Shown piece by piece: positions 1 through 13,099 of a stretch of 64,000 nt of DNA (within the stretch, counting starts at the first letter, position 1; each line of letters starts with the position of its first letter). The notes beneath the pieces are model-generated. The model did not search any database, was not told where the DNA came from, and was given only the letters and a program-made list of their open reading frames with translations. The DNA is from Naegleria gruberi (Eukaryota): assembly GCA_000004985.1 (NCBI GenBank), contig GG738851.1. The stretch is one strand, 5' to 3'. Made by a program: the position numbers and the translations under genes.

Positions 1-3000
1 ATGATGACAAGAGACTAGGATTCATTTCTGGAACTACAAGTCTTGTTTCCTTTCTTTCACGCATCTTTTCCTTCTGTGATTTAGTCAACTTTAGTTTCTT
101 CTTATTAGATTCTGTCCTTTCTTCTACTTCTTCCTTAAGGGCAATTTGTTCTTCTTCTTGTTTTACCTCTTCAGCCCTCTTTCTCTTATTGTCCTTATTT
201 TCTGTCGTGGCTACAATGGTTGGTGCTTGCATTGCAGGTTTTGGTAAATCTGATTCTTCGAAAGGAAAGTTTGGTAAGTCAGCTTTAGAAATCTCTCCCT
301 TCTGAAGTAAATTGGAGAAAGCTTGTTTCAAGCTTGGAGAGTAATTGAGAGAGGTCTTCGACTGTGAAAAGTATGAAATCCAGAATTGGGTGGTGATACG
401 TTTCACTTTAGAATTTCTCTTAGAGTCCAATCCAATCACCAATACTTTCTCCATTTGATTTAACATGTTTTGATCAAAAACTACACCATCCTGGAGACAC
501 CACTTACTAACTTGATTGAAAACACCTTCCCAAATATTTTCGCAAAGAGTGGCAAATTGTAACATCTCCTCTGTTGAATAGACAACACTTTGATTTTTCC
601 TTGATAGGAATGACCCTTGAAGCTCAAATAAAGTAGTAAAGTCCTTATCAAAGAGAATCTCTTCGGCATATTCTTGAGCAAATTGAATTGCATGTTGTGC
701 ACTTCTGGAGAGAGTTAAAATGTTCTTCAGTTCAGACATTAGTTGAGTTATTAAATCAAAGAACGGATCAGAAAGCTTTGAAAATTGTCTTCTATAATCA
801 AATATCATCCAAACAAAGGTTTTGAGAAGTAATTGAAGATTGTGTATGGTAGATTTTCCTGATGGTATAGAAAGTATAGAAACCTTGAACCTCTGGGATT
901 CATGACAAACAGTGCAAAGTAATGAAAGTATTTTGGTACCAAATAGAATCCAACTTCTCATTAGCACATATGACGTTGATGTTATACCGTTGATATCCTC
1001 TTTTTCAATCTCACTTAATATACAAAGATATTGACAGTTCAATTTCTCCAATAAATCTTCTGATATTTTTTGTAAATGGTGGTGAGAAAGGTTATTCTTC
1101 AAATGTTTGCTAATATAATGGAAAGGTGGCATGTTGGTATTGGATGTTACATTTCCAAACAATACAAGCATTTCTTTAAGAATATGAAGTATCTCACTGT
1201 CATTCGAAAGTATTGTGTTGATTACTTTCTGGTGAGCTTCTATACTAAACTCAGGTTTGATATCATCCGACATAATATTTCCATTAAGGGTAAGCTTGCA
1301 TCCAAAAAGATCAAAAGGATAAAATATCAGCTTCTCCAGTAATGGTAAAAATTCTGGAGTAAGTACCTTGCTGGTAAGCCCTGAATCCGTCTGTTTTTGA
1401 TTTTCTGGGTTTTGCTTACAAAGATAGGCTTTAAGCTCTTGAGCTTGCTTCTTTCTCTTTTGTAGAGTTTCTGTTGATGTATTCGGAAGATTAGCATCAC
1501 CAGTTTTGCTAATCATCAAAGAAAAGCATGTATCCACAGCTCTAATTTCATCCCTTATAGAGCTACAATATTTTTTCCATAAAATCATTTGACACTCTAA
1601 TAATTTAGTTAATCCTATTGTATCTGAGGAAATAGTTTTAGATACAACACATACTTCTTGATGTGTTGTTATTAAATCCTCCAGTAAAACAATCATCAAA
1701 TGAACCTTTCAAAAATATAACAAAAAATACTAAAGTTACTCACAATTGAATCGTTATACAGATTTGGAATAGTCAGTAAATCAACCAATACTCTATTACA
1801 TAACATTGTAACACTATTATTAATCATTTCACAAATCTTATCTCCATATTGTTTTGTTGGTGAATTATTGAAAGCCGAGAATGCAAGTCTATAGAGGCAG
1901 TAAATTAGAGCAAAGAAAGGAGATTTTTTCAGTTCAGGTGGCTTCAGTGAATCCTTGATACCACTTGTTATTGCCTTCACATCAATGAAAACCTTGATTG
2001 AATTGCATGTACCAGAAATTAGAAGATTGACTGGGAAGCATTCAACAAAGCTTTTGATAAATGCAGAAGACATTTCTTGAATCCATTCTTCCAACATTGG
2101 AGATGAATCCGAGGTAGAATAGTGTAAAACGTTTTCCACACAAAATGTTAAAAGACCTGTAATAAGTTGCACCAAAAGGGATGAATATTTTTCTGCATCA
2201 CTTTCTTTCATATCTCGTGGGACATTCCTTAAATATGAAACAATAACCTGACAAAGGGATCTAAAATAGAAATTGAGAGTTTTGCTAAAACGTTTAGAGT
2301 TTTCTATGGTTTGATCCGTTGTATCTACATTAAAACTCTGCACTAACCCAGCCACTAATTTGTAGAAAAAGGTATTGAAAAATACTTTGATATTACTAGC
2401 AAAAAATTCCAATCTTTGAAGGGCATCACTTGCTTTAGTATTTGGCTGGCAAATGAATAGGCCATCTTGCTTCAAACAACTCGCAGAAAATAGATAAGCA
2501 AAGTCCTTGCGAACAAGGAATGAAATGTCATTAACAAATGTAGAACCAGTTAAGAAATGTCTGTAAACCACATCCTCATCTAGATCGTCTTGTGAAAGTG
2601 CCTCGACCCTCTTTTTTCTAGCTTTGAAATTGTCTCGTTGGTCATTATATAACCATTGTCCCAAAAAGAGAACGAGCTGTTCTTGTAAAGCATAGTCTGC
2701 TGTTTCCTTGCTAGCTACAGCAGTAAATAGAGGTTTCAATAAATGTTCAAAGAATAAAGAAATTTCCTTATCTGCCTCAGGCAATAAATGAAGAATTATC
2801 TTTTGATAGCATATTTCTCTTAATTTTCTATCTGAAGGATTCGAATAGCCTTGAGCTGCTGTTTTTAGTGGTGCCAGTAAAGGCTTTAGCAATAATGCAA
2901 GCCTTCCTTTAGCATGTATTTTGCTATGTGAGCTCATTAACTGTATGAGCATGGTCCAACTATACTCGATACACTCACATACAAGCATATTATTTACAAT

Positions 3001-4108
3001 TTCCATAGTTTTAGAGGATTGGGAAGAACTTGCTTGAGAATCCTCAGATCTTAGTGCTAACTTAGGTTTGATAATTTCATTAAGGTTTGAAAGTACATTT
3101 TCTTTTGAAATATTTTTCTGTAAAAAGTAAAGAATATATCCCCAGGCTTTGAATCCTATAATTTGTTGTCTATTTGTTATTTCAGGCAGAATCTGGTTCC
3201 AATTCAACGTAGCTCCATTATTATTTGTGATGGCCTTTAGCTGTATTTGAGTAGTTTCATAGACTGGAACAGTTAGATTTTGTTTAAGCATTTTTTGATA
3301 ATCCTCAATTGAAGCTAATAAACTTTTAGATATTTCCGCTAAATCTCTTTCTGATATTTTGAATTTAGTATTATTACTGAAAGGTAGCATGTTTTTAAAG
3401 ACAGTTAACTCTGTAATCCTCTCAGCTGCTACACAAACACTACAAAAATGAGATAAAACGATAGATATCTTACTTACGTTTTGTGAGGTGACACAAGACA
3501 TTCGATTACATCAACAAACCATATCGATACAAATTTTGCTGAAATCTCTTGCAATTGATTCAAAAGTACTAACAGAGTATTCAAAGCTTCTGCAGTTGTG
3601 ATGTAATTTTGGTATGGATTCTTTATACCAACATGAATTGAGTTGAAAATATCATTTGAATGAGGCTCAATCACATTATATCCAACTTGTGACGAGAATC
3701 TCTGAACACCCAAACACCACACTGCTAGTGACAAGGACTTTTTCGATAAATTTGTTTGTTTTACCACAATTCTGAAAAATCTTTCTACATGAACCGAGGA
3801 GTACTGTTTAGAAATGGTTTCGTGATGAGCCAAAAATCCGTAGCAAGTAAATACTGTTGGGTTACTATCATGATAAATTAGTATACATCATACAATTAAA
3901 TCAAAACATACGTTTCTCCAACTTCAATTTCACTCTCCAGAATGTCTAAAAACCTATCCAAATTATCCGAAACAAATTGAAGTATTATTTTCGAATTCTT
4001 CTTCAATAGAGTTAATAATTCTTGAAATAAATCTGCATTTTCTCCTGAACGATTCTCCAAGTTGGTGAGCAACTCTTGAATAATTTGTTTTTCCGATTTT
4101 GTTGCCAT
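1..4108 (-). CDS. Large multi-exon gene encoding a >1300-aa alpha-helical (HEAT/ARM-like) protein with a K/E-rich C-terminal tail, possibly a nucleolar or ribosome-biogenesis factor. The 3' end runs off the window. Exons: 4108..3912, 3864..3478, 3439..1744, 1705..<1. Introns: 3865-3911, 3440-3477, 1706-1743.
   Basis: Track ORFs 3896-4108, 3474-3833 and 1696-3501 are all on the minus strand. They join through GTATGT/GTAAGT...TAG or AAAG introns with consistent phase. After a GTGAGT...AAAG intron at 1706-1743, the reading frame stays open for about 570 codons down to position 1. The tail 'FERFI*' in the track ORF is intron read-through. Function is inferred from composition only. Confidence 0.55.
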
Positions 4109-4429
4109 TGGATTTAGTTATTGTGTACACAATAGTGATGATGATAATATGATCACAATGGTAAAAATAAAGCCTTCGGCAAATGATCTTGCTATGGTTG
4201 CCTATCGTTAATATTAAAGGCTTTAACGTTAATTTTTTTAAATTTGTTTGGAATGGCGCCAAACTATTCATTTTCTAATGTTTTGTGGAAAAATCCACAT
4301 TGACCAACATTAAAGAGAAAACATGTTGGTTTTCACTTCAAATATTTGCTGATGAACACATCCTATTTGTTGCATTACATCAAGAAGTAATTTCCTTTGA
4401 ATTAAGAATGAAATAATATTTGCAATTTT

Positions 4430-4781
4430 TTAAAAAATGTTTTCCAAGAGATTCTGTTCTGGACTTGTTAAGAGCAATTTGTTCACTTCATCGGTGAAGA
4501 GAGGAGGTGCCGTGATGCAAAAATCACAATTTTCATCAGCTATGATTTCTATGAGTGCTACTAATAGGTATGTTTTGGAGTTATTTGTACGGAGGATATC
4601 AATGTGTGGTGGATTAATTATGTGTAGTATTTTGAATTTGGAATCCAATGTTACATCACTTACAAGTGTAAGAAAGGCTTCATCTTCATCATCATCTTCT
4701 CTTCGTGTTATTAGAATTGGTACTAGCGGAGTGACCACATCTATTTCTTGCCTTCTCAACTCGGATGATGATGGTGTATAA
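4430..4781 (-). other. Protein-like open frame of about 115 codons with no ATG (…EDDDEDEAFLTLVSDVTLDSKFKILHIINPPH…). It overlaps an antisense ATG-initiated ORF at 4437..4781 on the plus strand. Coding status is unresolved.
   Basis: The minus-strand frame has hydrophobic/charged patterning typical of a real protein but is open stop-to-stop without an ATG. The plus-strand ORF starts with ATG in an A-rich context but is low-complexity S-rich, as expected for the antisense of an acidic stretch. Confidence 0.2.
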
Positions 4782-4970
4782 TGAAACGCAATATATTCAA
4801 TTCAATAATAATTAATAGATTCAATGAATCACTAGTTTTCTTCCGATTTTTATTTCCCATCTCCTTTATTTCCTTCTTTTTCATCATTAATAAAACTATT
4901 TGGTTATCAATTAATTTAATAAGGATTTTAGAATGATGATAATATATAATTTAAATAATAGTTTTATGAT

Positions 4971-7900
4971 TTATTCAACAAGCTTTCTTAAATTAATTAT
5001 TTGCATTCCGATACCCACAACAATAATTCTGTAAAAGTTCTCTTCTTCCACTACGTGCATATTGGAAATATCACAAACCTCACTCATGCAACTGGCAACA
5101 ATCTCAAAAGCATCTTCTGTTGAGGAAATTTTGTACATATTCAATCTTTGATCGATACTAATGGAAATGATTGAATTCTTTCCATTCGTATAGATACCAC
5201 TCACAGCAGAGCTGTGTACTGATTCAATATGCATGTTTCTAAGAATTTCTAAAGAATCATTTTCATATTTCAATACTGCCAAATTGACCGATTGGTCGTC
5301 TCCTCCTGTGGCAATATGAATGGTGTTTGGATTTTCACTTAATGCAATGCTTATGCAATTTACACCAGATTGGTGAACTTCACATTCAAAGAATGGTTGA
5401 ATGACAGTCAAATCGCTGCTGGAAAATTCTGGAATTCTAAAGCAGTAAATCTTTCCATTTGTTGATCCAGAAAATAATAATCTAGTATTGCCGATGACAA
5501 TAGAAGACAATGACATGACTGGACCAGTGTGAGGTGAGCTACATCCAAGAGGTTTGAGTTGAGTCAATTGATTTTCTGTTTTGAAAATCTTAATTAAGCC
5601 ATCACTACTTCCTGTGAAAATTATCAATTCCTTATCGTCTGTAGAAAATGTTTCCAAAGCTAAAATTCTAAAGTTAATAACATCCATTCTAGTCTTATTC
5701 TTTACCAAGTAGCTTTTCGAAGTGTCAATTTCTGTAGTTTCCTTTCTGAGAATGTGATCATTATAAATTTGAGGATGGAAGAGTGGGAGATATTGCTTTG
5801 TCAGTCCAATATTTAATAGCGTACCAGAAGTTATTGTAGAGTACCCTTCACTATCGACGTGTTCTTCAAGTCTCCAAATAATTAATTGTTCCTTTCCACC
5901 ACCTGAAATAAGAATATTGGAATTGTCTTTTGATAAAAGTTAGCCAAATAATCTTAATATTTTACAACTTACTATTTCCAGAAATATTGGCCAAAACAAG
6001 TTCCTTGACACTACTTTCGTGACCATTAAGAATGGACATGGTATTCAAAGACAATGAAAGTGATTCATCTTCTTTAGGATAGGAAAGTAATCTAATTTTT
6101 GTATCTTCGCTGGAAGTGAGTATTCTGAGACTTCCATCATTCGATTTCCAATGAATAGCATTCAAAACTTCTCTACCATGGAATTGAGTGAATGGAGTTT
6201 GATTCTTGAAGAGTGTGAGGGAAGATTCTTGCTTTTCTCTGAAATGCTGAATTTGAGAGTCTCTGAAGAATGAAGCAGAAAAACATAATTGATTAGTTCC
6301 ATAAATATCTGAATAATCCAAGTTGTAAATTCCCCTGGAGGCTCCACATTGGCAAGAAGCAACTCTAAACCTCTTGGAGTAGTTATATACAATAAAGTGG
6401 GCTCCATAGAAACCTAGTAAAATAATTTCTGTTTCCTTCTTGTTGAATGATGAGGCTGGAATAGTATCAACAAAATCAGCACATCCAACAAGTAATTTGT
6501 AATCTCCTGTTGTTTCAACCTTCTCGATCACGTACACTTTATCCATTATTGGTATGATACTCTTCATCTTTTCTTGACCGTGCTTTACAAGTGAAAGCAA
6601 GCCATTTTCATCCTCAACCATATCATAAAAGCAAATAGTTCCGTCCCTTCCAACAGAGTAAATATTATTCCTATTAATAAACTTAATGTCACAAACTTGG
6701 TCTGTGTGTGATTTTACCAAAAATTCAGGGGAATATTCTTGGATAGTATCATTCACTCTCAAAATGTGAACAAATCCATTATCATCTCCTGTTAAGATAA
6801 TTTTCTCATCTCTTACAGCACACATTGTTTGGACTTTACCTTTCATAGTATATTGTGCACCTTCCTCGATTGTAAGAATATGTTCAATTGGTACCATTCT
6901 CATACACTTTACAATACCCATAGGTGACGTAAAATAGAGACTGAATGTAGAGTCTAAGTTGGTTACCCAAAAGATGGAGAGAATTCTTGTACCGAAAGGA
7001 GAAAACTTGACCCTTAATTCATTAGTCTTTAAATCAATAATCAAGCAATTACCATCAGAGCTACCTATTGCCAAAAAATTTCCACATGGAGAACATTTGA
7101 TTACTGTAAGCAATGTGTTTTGACTCAGGGTTGAGCTAATATTGAAAACTTCTCTATGTTGTCCTAATAACATATTAATCTCAAAAACTATACCTCGTTT
7201 TGTTCCTACATAAACAAGGTGATTATTTGCATGCATACAACGAACCATATCGGCTTGCTTTTTCAAAACTGCTGTATTCATGTTTGGTAAAGTGAGAGTT
7301 TCATGAACAACAGCAAAGTCCTTAATACGTTTGAGAGACCATAATTTTACAGAGCTGTCTCCTCCACCACTGGCTATTATTTGCTCATCTCTATCGACAT
7401 CAACTCTCCAGACATTTCTTCCAATGTGGCCTTGTAGTGTACTGACACAATTTCCTTCATAATCCCAAATTCTAATTGTGGCATCTTCACTTGCAGAGAC
7501 AATAAAATTTTGAGTGAATTTACAATGCCAAACTCTTGCTGTATGCCCAAAAAATGTTATACTCTTGTAGGAGAATTTTTCTCCAACTTGGCCTGTATTA
7601 CTGAATGGTTTTTCATCAAATTTCCACAGTATCAGAGTTCTATCATCCGATGTTGAGCATAACATTTTGCCATCTTTAGCCCATTCAACATGGAACAAAA
7701 CACCATCGTGACCTTTAAGAGTAATTACTGTATCCTTTGTGTTAAATTTGGCATTCCAAACAATTACTTGATTGAAAACGGTACCAGAAGCAACGTCAAC
7801 TCTATCAATAATATCATTTACAGTTGAAATTGGATTTTCAGATTGTGACATGAATAATGACATGGAGTAGAGCAAACAATTAGGGTAAGATCTGAAAGAT

Positions 7901-8505
7901 GTTAAAATTGTTAATGAAAAATTCTCTTCAATAGTTGTCAAATGTTTCATTTCTCCAAAAGGGTTGAGATTTTTCAAATCAAATGATATAACTTCTACAA
8001 AATTGTGGGCATAACCGAGTGCCAAACATCTAGAAGAATTATCCAGTGATAGAGTAGTATCAATCACGTCCAAAATCCAATCACACATTTCACCATAATT
8101 TGCTACATAGCAAGACACCTCTTCTTTACCATTATTTTCTTCAATTTTCAATTGAACTATTTTCAATCGTTTTTGTCCAAACACAATCAAATTTTCACAC
8201 AAATTATTTCCACTTGTCTCTTGTTGTTCAATTTCCAAAAATTTAATTCCCTTTATACTTCCTCCCTTTTCAAAAAGTTTTACTCTATACAATTCCCTTC
8301 CCGAATATGCGTTGAAAATATGAAGATTAGGTCCTATTCCTGCATATAAAATTGAACTATTCGAACGAGAAAAACAAATACAATGTATTGGACCCATATA
8401 AATTTTCTTATCAAAAATTGACACCTCCGAACGAAGACTATACTCCTTGTACTGGTTATTTTCATCTGAATTGTGCAATAAATTGCCTGATGATGATTGC
8501 GTCAT
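4971..8505 (-). CDS. WD40-repeat protein, WDR6-like, 1141 aa. Two exons: 8505..5973 and 5863..4974 plus stop. Intron 5864-5972.
   Basis: WD40 signatures (GH…WD/WK repeats) occur through the 847-aa ORF and again in the 245-aa ORF (GSSDGLIKIF, SGSTNGKIYCF, TGGDDQSVNL). Donor GTAAGT lies at 5972 and acceptor AG at 5864/5865. The joined length is divisible by 3. The stop in the track at 5962 is read-through into the intron. Size and all-WD architecture resemble WDR6/Rtt10. Confidence 0.6.
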
Positions 8506-8727
8506 TTTTTCAATTTCTTCTTCAAATTACTGAATGCACTTTTCATCATGAATACGTTCATTAAAAATTCAATGAAAATATTATCATCGGAAACATTAAG
8601 AAATAATCATCTGATGGTTTAATAATGGTCAATCCTAATTGATTGTTTGATCCAGAGTCTCCTCTATTAATTAATATCTGAATTTCACTCTCTTCTCTGC
8701 CATAATGATTGAAACTCTGCTTTTAAT

Positions 8728-11379
8728 TTGAATAAAAAAATGTTGAATTTATTCAAGAAGAAGATTACCTATCATGCCACATCTGGTTTGGTTGCATCTT
8801 CTTCATCGCCGACGAGTGCCCTATTGTTTGGCAGTGGTGCTAATACAACAGTAACGAATAATATTCTTCTGCCATCAATAGTCAACAATAACAACAGTGG
8901 GACAACAAGAGGCTTTAAACAAAAGTTTGGTAGAGTTTCATCATCCAACAATACGGAAGATAAACAACAACAACATTCATCTCAACATGGATTTTCTACT
9001 AATAGTGGTGAAACAAGACAACCAACATCTAAAAAACCATTCAAGTCTAATTTCCAACAAAATTCCAACAATCATCACAACAAACCACACCACCAGAAAT
9101 CACAACAAAATTATAAGGAAAAACATTCAAACAATACCACTTCTACCACATCTTTCCTAAAAGACCATCACGAAGAACCATCAAGAAACTTTAAATTCAA
9201 TAATAACCAACAACATTTTGATAAGAGTCAAAGAAAAGGAGGATTTAATAAGAGAGATGATAAAGCTCAATTTCAACATCACAAAAAGCATAATATGGAA
9301 AGGAAACCAAAGAAACAACAGTCAGAAACTCCTTTACCCGATGTTGTTTCTAATGTTGAAGAGCCTATCAAAGAGGAAAAGAAAAGTTTTGTTGCTCTCA
9401 ATTATGACGATATTGATATGAACCTTAAAGGTGAAGATGAAACACACCAAACATCTGCAAGTGATGTCTCTCCTTTCTATGAAGGGAATGAACATTCATC
9501 TGAATTCACACCTTTCACAAAAGAATTGGAAATTAATGTAGACATTTTATTGAAACGAGTTTTAGAAAAGGTCAAAACACAAAATGCTGTAGAAATTGAT
9601 AAGGAGAAAGATGGTCTTTCTTCACTTCTCAGAGCTACTGATTCTGCAATCAAGGAAGAGGATGACGATATTTTCCAACCACGTGATTTTAGTCTTATCG
9701 AGGAAACTGATGAAGCAGAAGAAGAACAAGATTTTGTTGGAAAGAAATATGATACACTTCATAAGAAACCACTAGAATTGAAGAAGAAAGCCTCTCGTGA
9801 AAAGGAAGAATTCAGTGAAAAACAAAGTGCTGAAGTACTGACAAATGCCAAATACATTCCATCTGTGGGTATAAAATATAGAAGTAAGAATAATGATGAA
9901 TCACTTCCAGCTCTTCACAAATACCTAGTTGATTTTGGAGATTCAGAATACTTGCAATTGGCTGAAACTCATCCATCTGAAAAGATGTATGTCGGAGATT
10001 CAGATATTAATCAAGTACCAACTTTGAAAAATGGGCTCAATAGAGTTTTAACTTCACCTGGTGTACACAGAATGTATGATGGTAAAACTAAAACTCATTT
10101 CTTCCATCCATACATGAGACAACTCCACAAACCAGAAGAAATCAACTTTAATAATTTGACACCTTTCATTCCACCATCCCAAGATACTACCCTCCACAAA
10201 TTAATGGATCAAAATCCTTGCAGATATCAATCATCAACAAGTTCCATAACCTCACCTCTGGTTTCCCTCTATCTTGCACTCTCTAACTACAAACCAACAA
10301 GAGCAAGAAATTTGGAAAATTTCAAATATCTTACAAGCTCATTCACTCCTGCTGTTCGTAAGCCAGTCGTTTTTATTCTTCGTCCAAAGCTTTCCAAACT
10401 CGGACATACTTTCTACTCAATAGATTCATACAAATTCCTTTTTGAGCCTCGATCAAATCAAATTTTGATGGACCTTGGTAAAGTAATGGAAAAGCTTTTT
10501 GTTATGGAACCAGAAGATTTTGAAAAGAGATTTGTTAAACAATATTGTGGAGAAGAACAAACAGTAGAAGATGAAGAAGTATACAGATACCTTCGCCACG
10601 GAAGTTTCCTTTTGAGATCACAGTTGGATTGTTACCATCCTCAATATGGTGTTTTTGATATTAAGACAAGAGCAACAAATCCAATCAGAATCAACATGGA
10701 AAAATATCAAAAATTCACAAACATCAAACTGAAGATGATTAAGGGTAACTATAACTCATACGAAAGAGAATTTTATGATATGGTTAGGTCTGTATTCATA
10801 AAGTATAGTATGCAGGGTAGAATTGGTGGCATGGACGGCATGTTCTTGGCCTATCACAATACTGTCGAACTTTTTGGTTTTGAATACATCAAGTTGGGCG
10901 AAATTGACAAACATGTATTCGGTAGTCCACATATGGCAGAAAGATTCTTCAGTCTTTTACTCGATTTATTAGGTGAAGTTTTGGATAGAATTACTGAAAA
11001 ATTTGCTGGTCAAGCTCTCAAAGTAACTTTCCGTCCAGTTAAAGTAGAACCATACTTTATTGACATTTTTGTTGAACCAGTACATGGTGATTTAGGATGG
11101 AATGAAAGAAAGCCAACAGAAGAAGAAAAGATGAAATGGGAGTCTGATCGATTCAATGCTAATCCATTCGCTGACATGATAGAAGATACTGTTTATTGTT
11201 ATCGTTTATCATGCCAACCAATGGTAAATGGAGCTGTTTGCAGAAACTATGTCGAATTCAAGGAAGAAGACAAGGTTGACATTTTGTACTGTTTGGAAGA
11301 AATGGGTGATACCACAACTGACAAATTCTTATTGAATGAGTACATTCTCACTTTAAAGAAGGCCTTCTTTGTTGAATAA
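8728..11379 (+). CDS. Pet127-like putative mitochondrial PD-(D/E)XK nuclease, 883 aa, with a long N/Q/H/S-rich N-terminal region.
   Basis: Single ORF. The N-terminus is basic and MTS-like. The C-terminal roughly 450 aa contain D…(D/E)xK-like elements (LDCYHPQYGVFDIKTRAT) in a conserved-looking globular domain. The assignment to the Pet127 family is from memory of that family, not from a search. Confidence 0.4.
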   Translation: MNKKMLNLFKKKITYHATSGLVASSSSPTSALLFGSGANTTVTNNILLPSIVNNNNSGTTRGFKQKFGRVSSSNNTEDKQQQHSSQHGFSTNSGETRQPTSKKPFKSNFQQNSNNHHNKPHHQKSQQNYKEKHSNNTTSTTSFLKDHHEEPSRNFKFNNNQQHFDKSQRKGGFNKRDDKAQFQHHKKHNMERKPKKQQSETPLPDVVSNVEEPIKEEKKSFVALNYDDIDMNLKGEDETHQTSASDVSPFYEGNEHSSEFTPFTKELEINVDILLKRVLEKVKTQNAVEIDKEKDGLSSLLRATDSAIKEEDDDIFQPRDFSLIEETDEAEEEQDFVGKKYDTLHKKPLELKKKASREKEEFSEKQSAEVLTNAKYIPSVGIKYRSKNNDESLPALHKYLVDFGDSEYLQLAETHPSEKMYVGDSDINQVPTLKNGLNRVLTSPGVHRMYDGKTKTHFFHPYMRQLHKPEEINFNNLTPFIPPSQDTTLHKLMDQNPCRYQSSTSSITSPLVSLYLALSNYKPTRARNLENFKYLTSSFTPAVRKPVVFILRPKLSKLGHTFYSIDSYKFLFEPRSNQILMDLGKVMEKLFVMEPEDFEKRFVKQYCGEEQTVEDEEVYRYLRHGSFLLRSQLDCYHPQYGVFDIKTRATNPIRINMEKYQKFTNIKLKMIKGNYNSYEREFYDMVRSVFIKYSMQGRIGGMDGMFLAYHNTVELFGFEYIKLGEIDKHVFGSPHMAERFFSLLLDLLGEVLDRITEKFAGQALKVTFRPVKVEPYFIDIFVEPVHGDLGWNERKPTEEEKMKWESDRFNANPFADMIEDTVYCYRLSCQPMVNGAVCRNYVEFKEEDKVDILYCLEEMGDTTTDKFLLNEYILTLKKAFFVE

Positions 11380-12030
11380 ATTTCTTCGAATCACCATTAA
11401 TGTAACTCTGCCTTTACTATCCATGCAATTATTTAATTTCATGTTATTGGAGATAGTTATGCTTGATTAGCATGATTCTTAAATGAATGATGTTTCTTTC
11501 CAAATTTATCAAGAGATGATTTTGAAAGAGAATCATTACAAAGAAAACTCTTCACCATAGCTCTAGCAATTTAAAGACATTCGTCATATTCATCAGATTG
11601 CAATCTCTCCACTATACCTCATCACCACTTGTAATTTCAATTGAAAAAAACCAACACTATTCTACAAGCACAACATCTAAACAAAACATTCGTGTTCAGT
11701 CAAAGCACTGCAGTTCAACACCAGAAATTTGCATCGACTACAGCAATCATTTATATTCATCCCTGCAGCGGACTTGTCCCGAATTAACCTTGAACAAAAG
11801 TTGTTGCGAAATCTTCTTGTACTGTTGTGGTGGCATTTTATTGTTTTAAGGACCTTTAAAAAACAAAACAACAACAACACCAATAACATCTTAAAACACA
11901 CCTTATAACGGTTGAAATCTTTGCCTCCTCAAGATTTTGTCCACTCTACAAGTGCGTAGTCTCAACCAATTCTTAATAGCAAAATTCCAATATCATCGTT
12001 TGATCATTTAATTATATATAATTCTTTTGA

Positions 12031-13099
12031 ATGTTATCATCTCCAAGTGCTTCATCTTCACCTAAGGGACTTGAAGTTTATAATTTCAATTCACTGTTGG
12101 AATCTTCAACACTCTCTCCCAGAGGAAGTTGTGTTAGTTCGGATGCAGAGTTTGTTCATCACTTGATTCAACAACATTTGGATATTAGTTCTCCCTCCAC
12201 ACCATCAAGTCACCATCAACAGCAAGCAACAACGAGACAGAGAGCTTCCTCTCTTCAGCCACTCCCTCAGAAACCTTCCTATATTCCACTCTCTCCATCT
12301 CATCAGCATTTTCATCTGCTGATGAGTGGTAGACAACAACAGCCCAATACTCTGCCACCTATTGAGGTAAACTCTCCAACCTCTAAACAATCCTCTTGCT
12401 TTGATAATGGAGGGTTATTCCAGAAGAAACCTCTTCAAATGCACTCTGCTAATCCTCAAACAATGATTAAGGAAAAACTCAAATTTCAATTGCTAGATGT
12501 TCAAAAGGCAAATTGCAACACAACCACAATGAGACAATCACTTTCTGCAGACAATTTCAACGCCAAACAGACAATGCCACTCACTGCAAGAAATAAGAAG
12601 GCTGATAAGGAGTGGGATAATCAAAAACTTGTTTGTTCACCTCCAACTGTTACTAGTAGTTGGGTAGCTCCATTAAAAGATAAACACTCGCCTGATGGAT
12701 CACCAACTACTAATCAAACCAATACATTTCACAGATGGAATCAACGTATGGATAAAAAGTTGAGAGATTTAGAGTTTCACTATTCTGGTGGTCCTACCAG
12801 AGTTTGTCATATGAAATATCTCAATGATCCCAATACAGAAGTGAGACTTCCATTCAAGATTGACACGGAAATGCCTTCTGAGATTGTGGCTGAAGTGAAA
12901 CAACCACAAAAGAAAAAGAAGAAAGATAAGGCTAGGTTGATTGAAAAGTAAGTAGCAGCTTGTTTCAAATTGTATTAATTGAATTATTAGGAAATTAGAA
13001 AAATCCAAAATGGAAACTCAAAAAGCATTGGAAGAGATGGAGAGAAAACGAGAGCAATTGGAATTTTTACATCTTTTAGCCACTAGGTCTGTAGACTAA
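12031..13099 (+). CDS. S/P/Q-rich low-complexity protein with a C-terminal coiled coil. Two exons: 12031..12947 and 12991..13099. Intron 12948-12990.
   Basis: ORF 12031-12951 ends at a GTAAGT donor. A 43-nt intron ends in TTATTAG. The second exon continues in frame (…KKLEKSKMETQKALEEMERKREQLEFLHLLATRSVD*). Confidence 0.5.

Noticed and set aside
4437-4781. Plus-strand ATG ORF (114 aa) as a bona fide gene.
   Set aside because: It is Ser-rich low complexity, which is exactly what antisense translation of the acidic minus-strand frame produces. It is kept only as an unresolved locus.
5897-5903. TTATTTCAG|GTGGTGG at 5904 as the acceptor for the WD40 gene intron.
   Set aside because: The frame runs into TAA after 6 codons. 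Only the acceptor at 5864/5865 (CTTGAAG|AA) joins phase-1 exon 1 to the downstream ORF frame, and it gives a total length divisible by 3.
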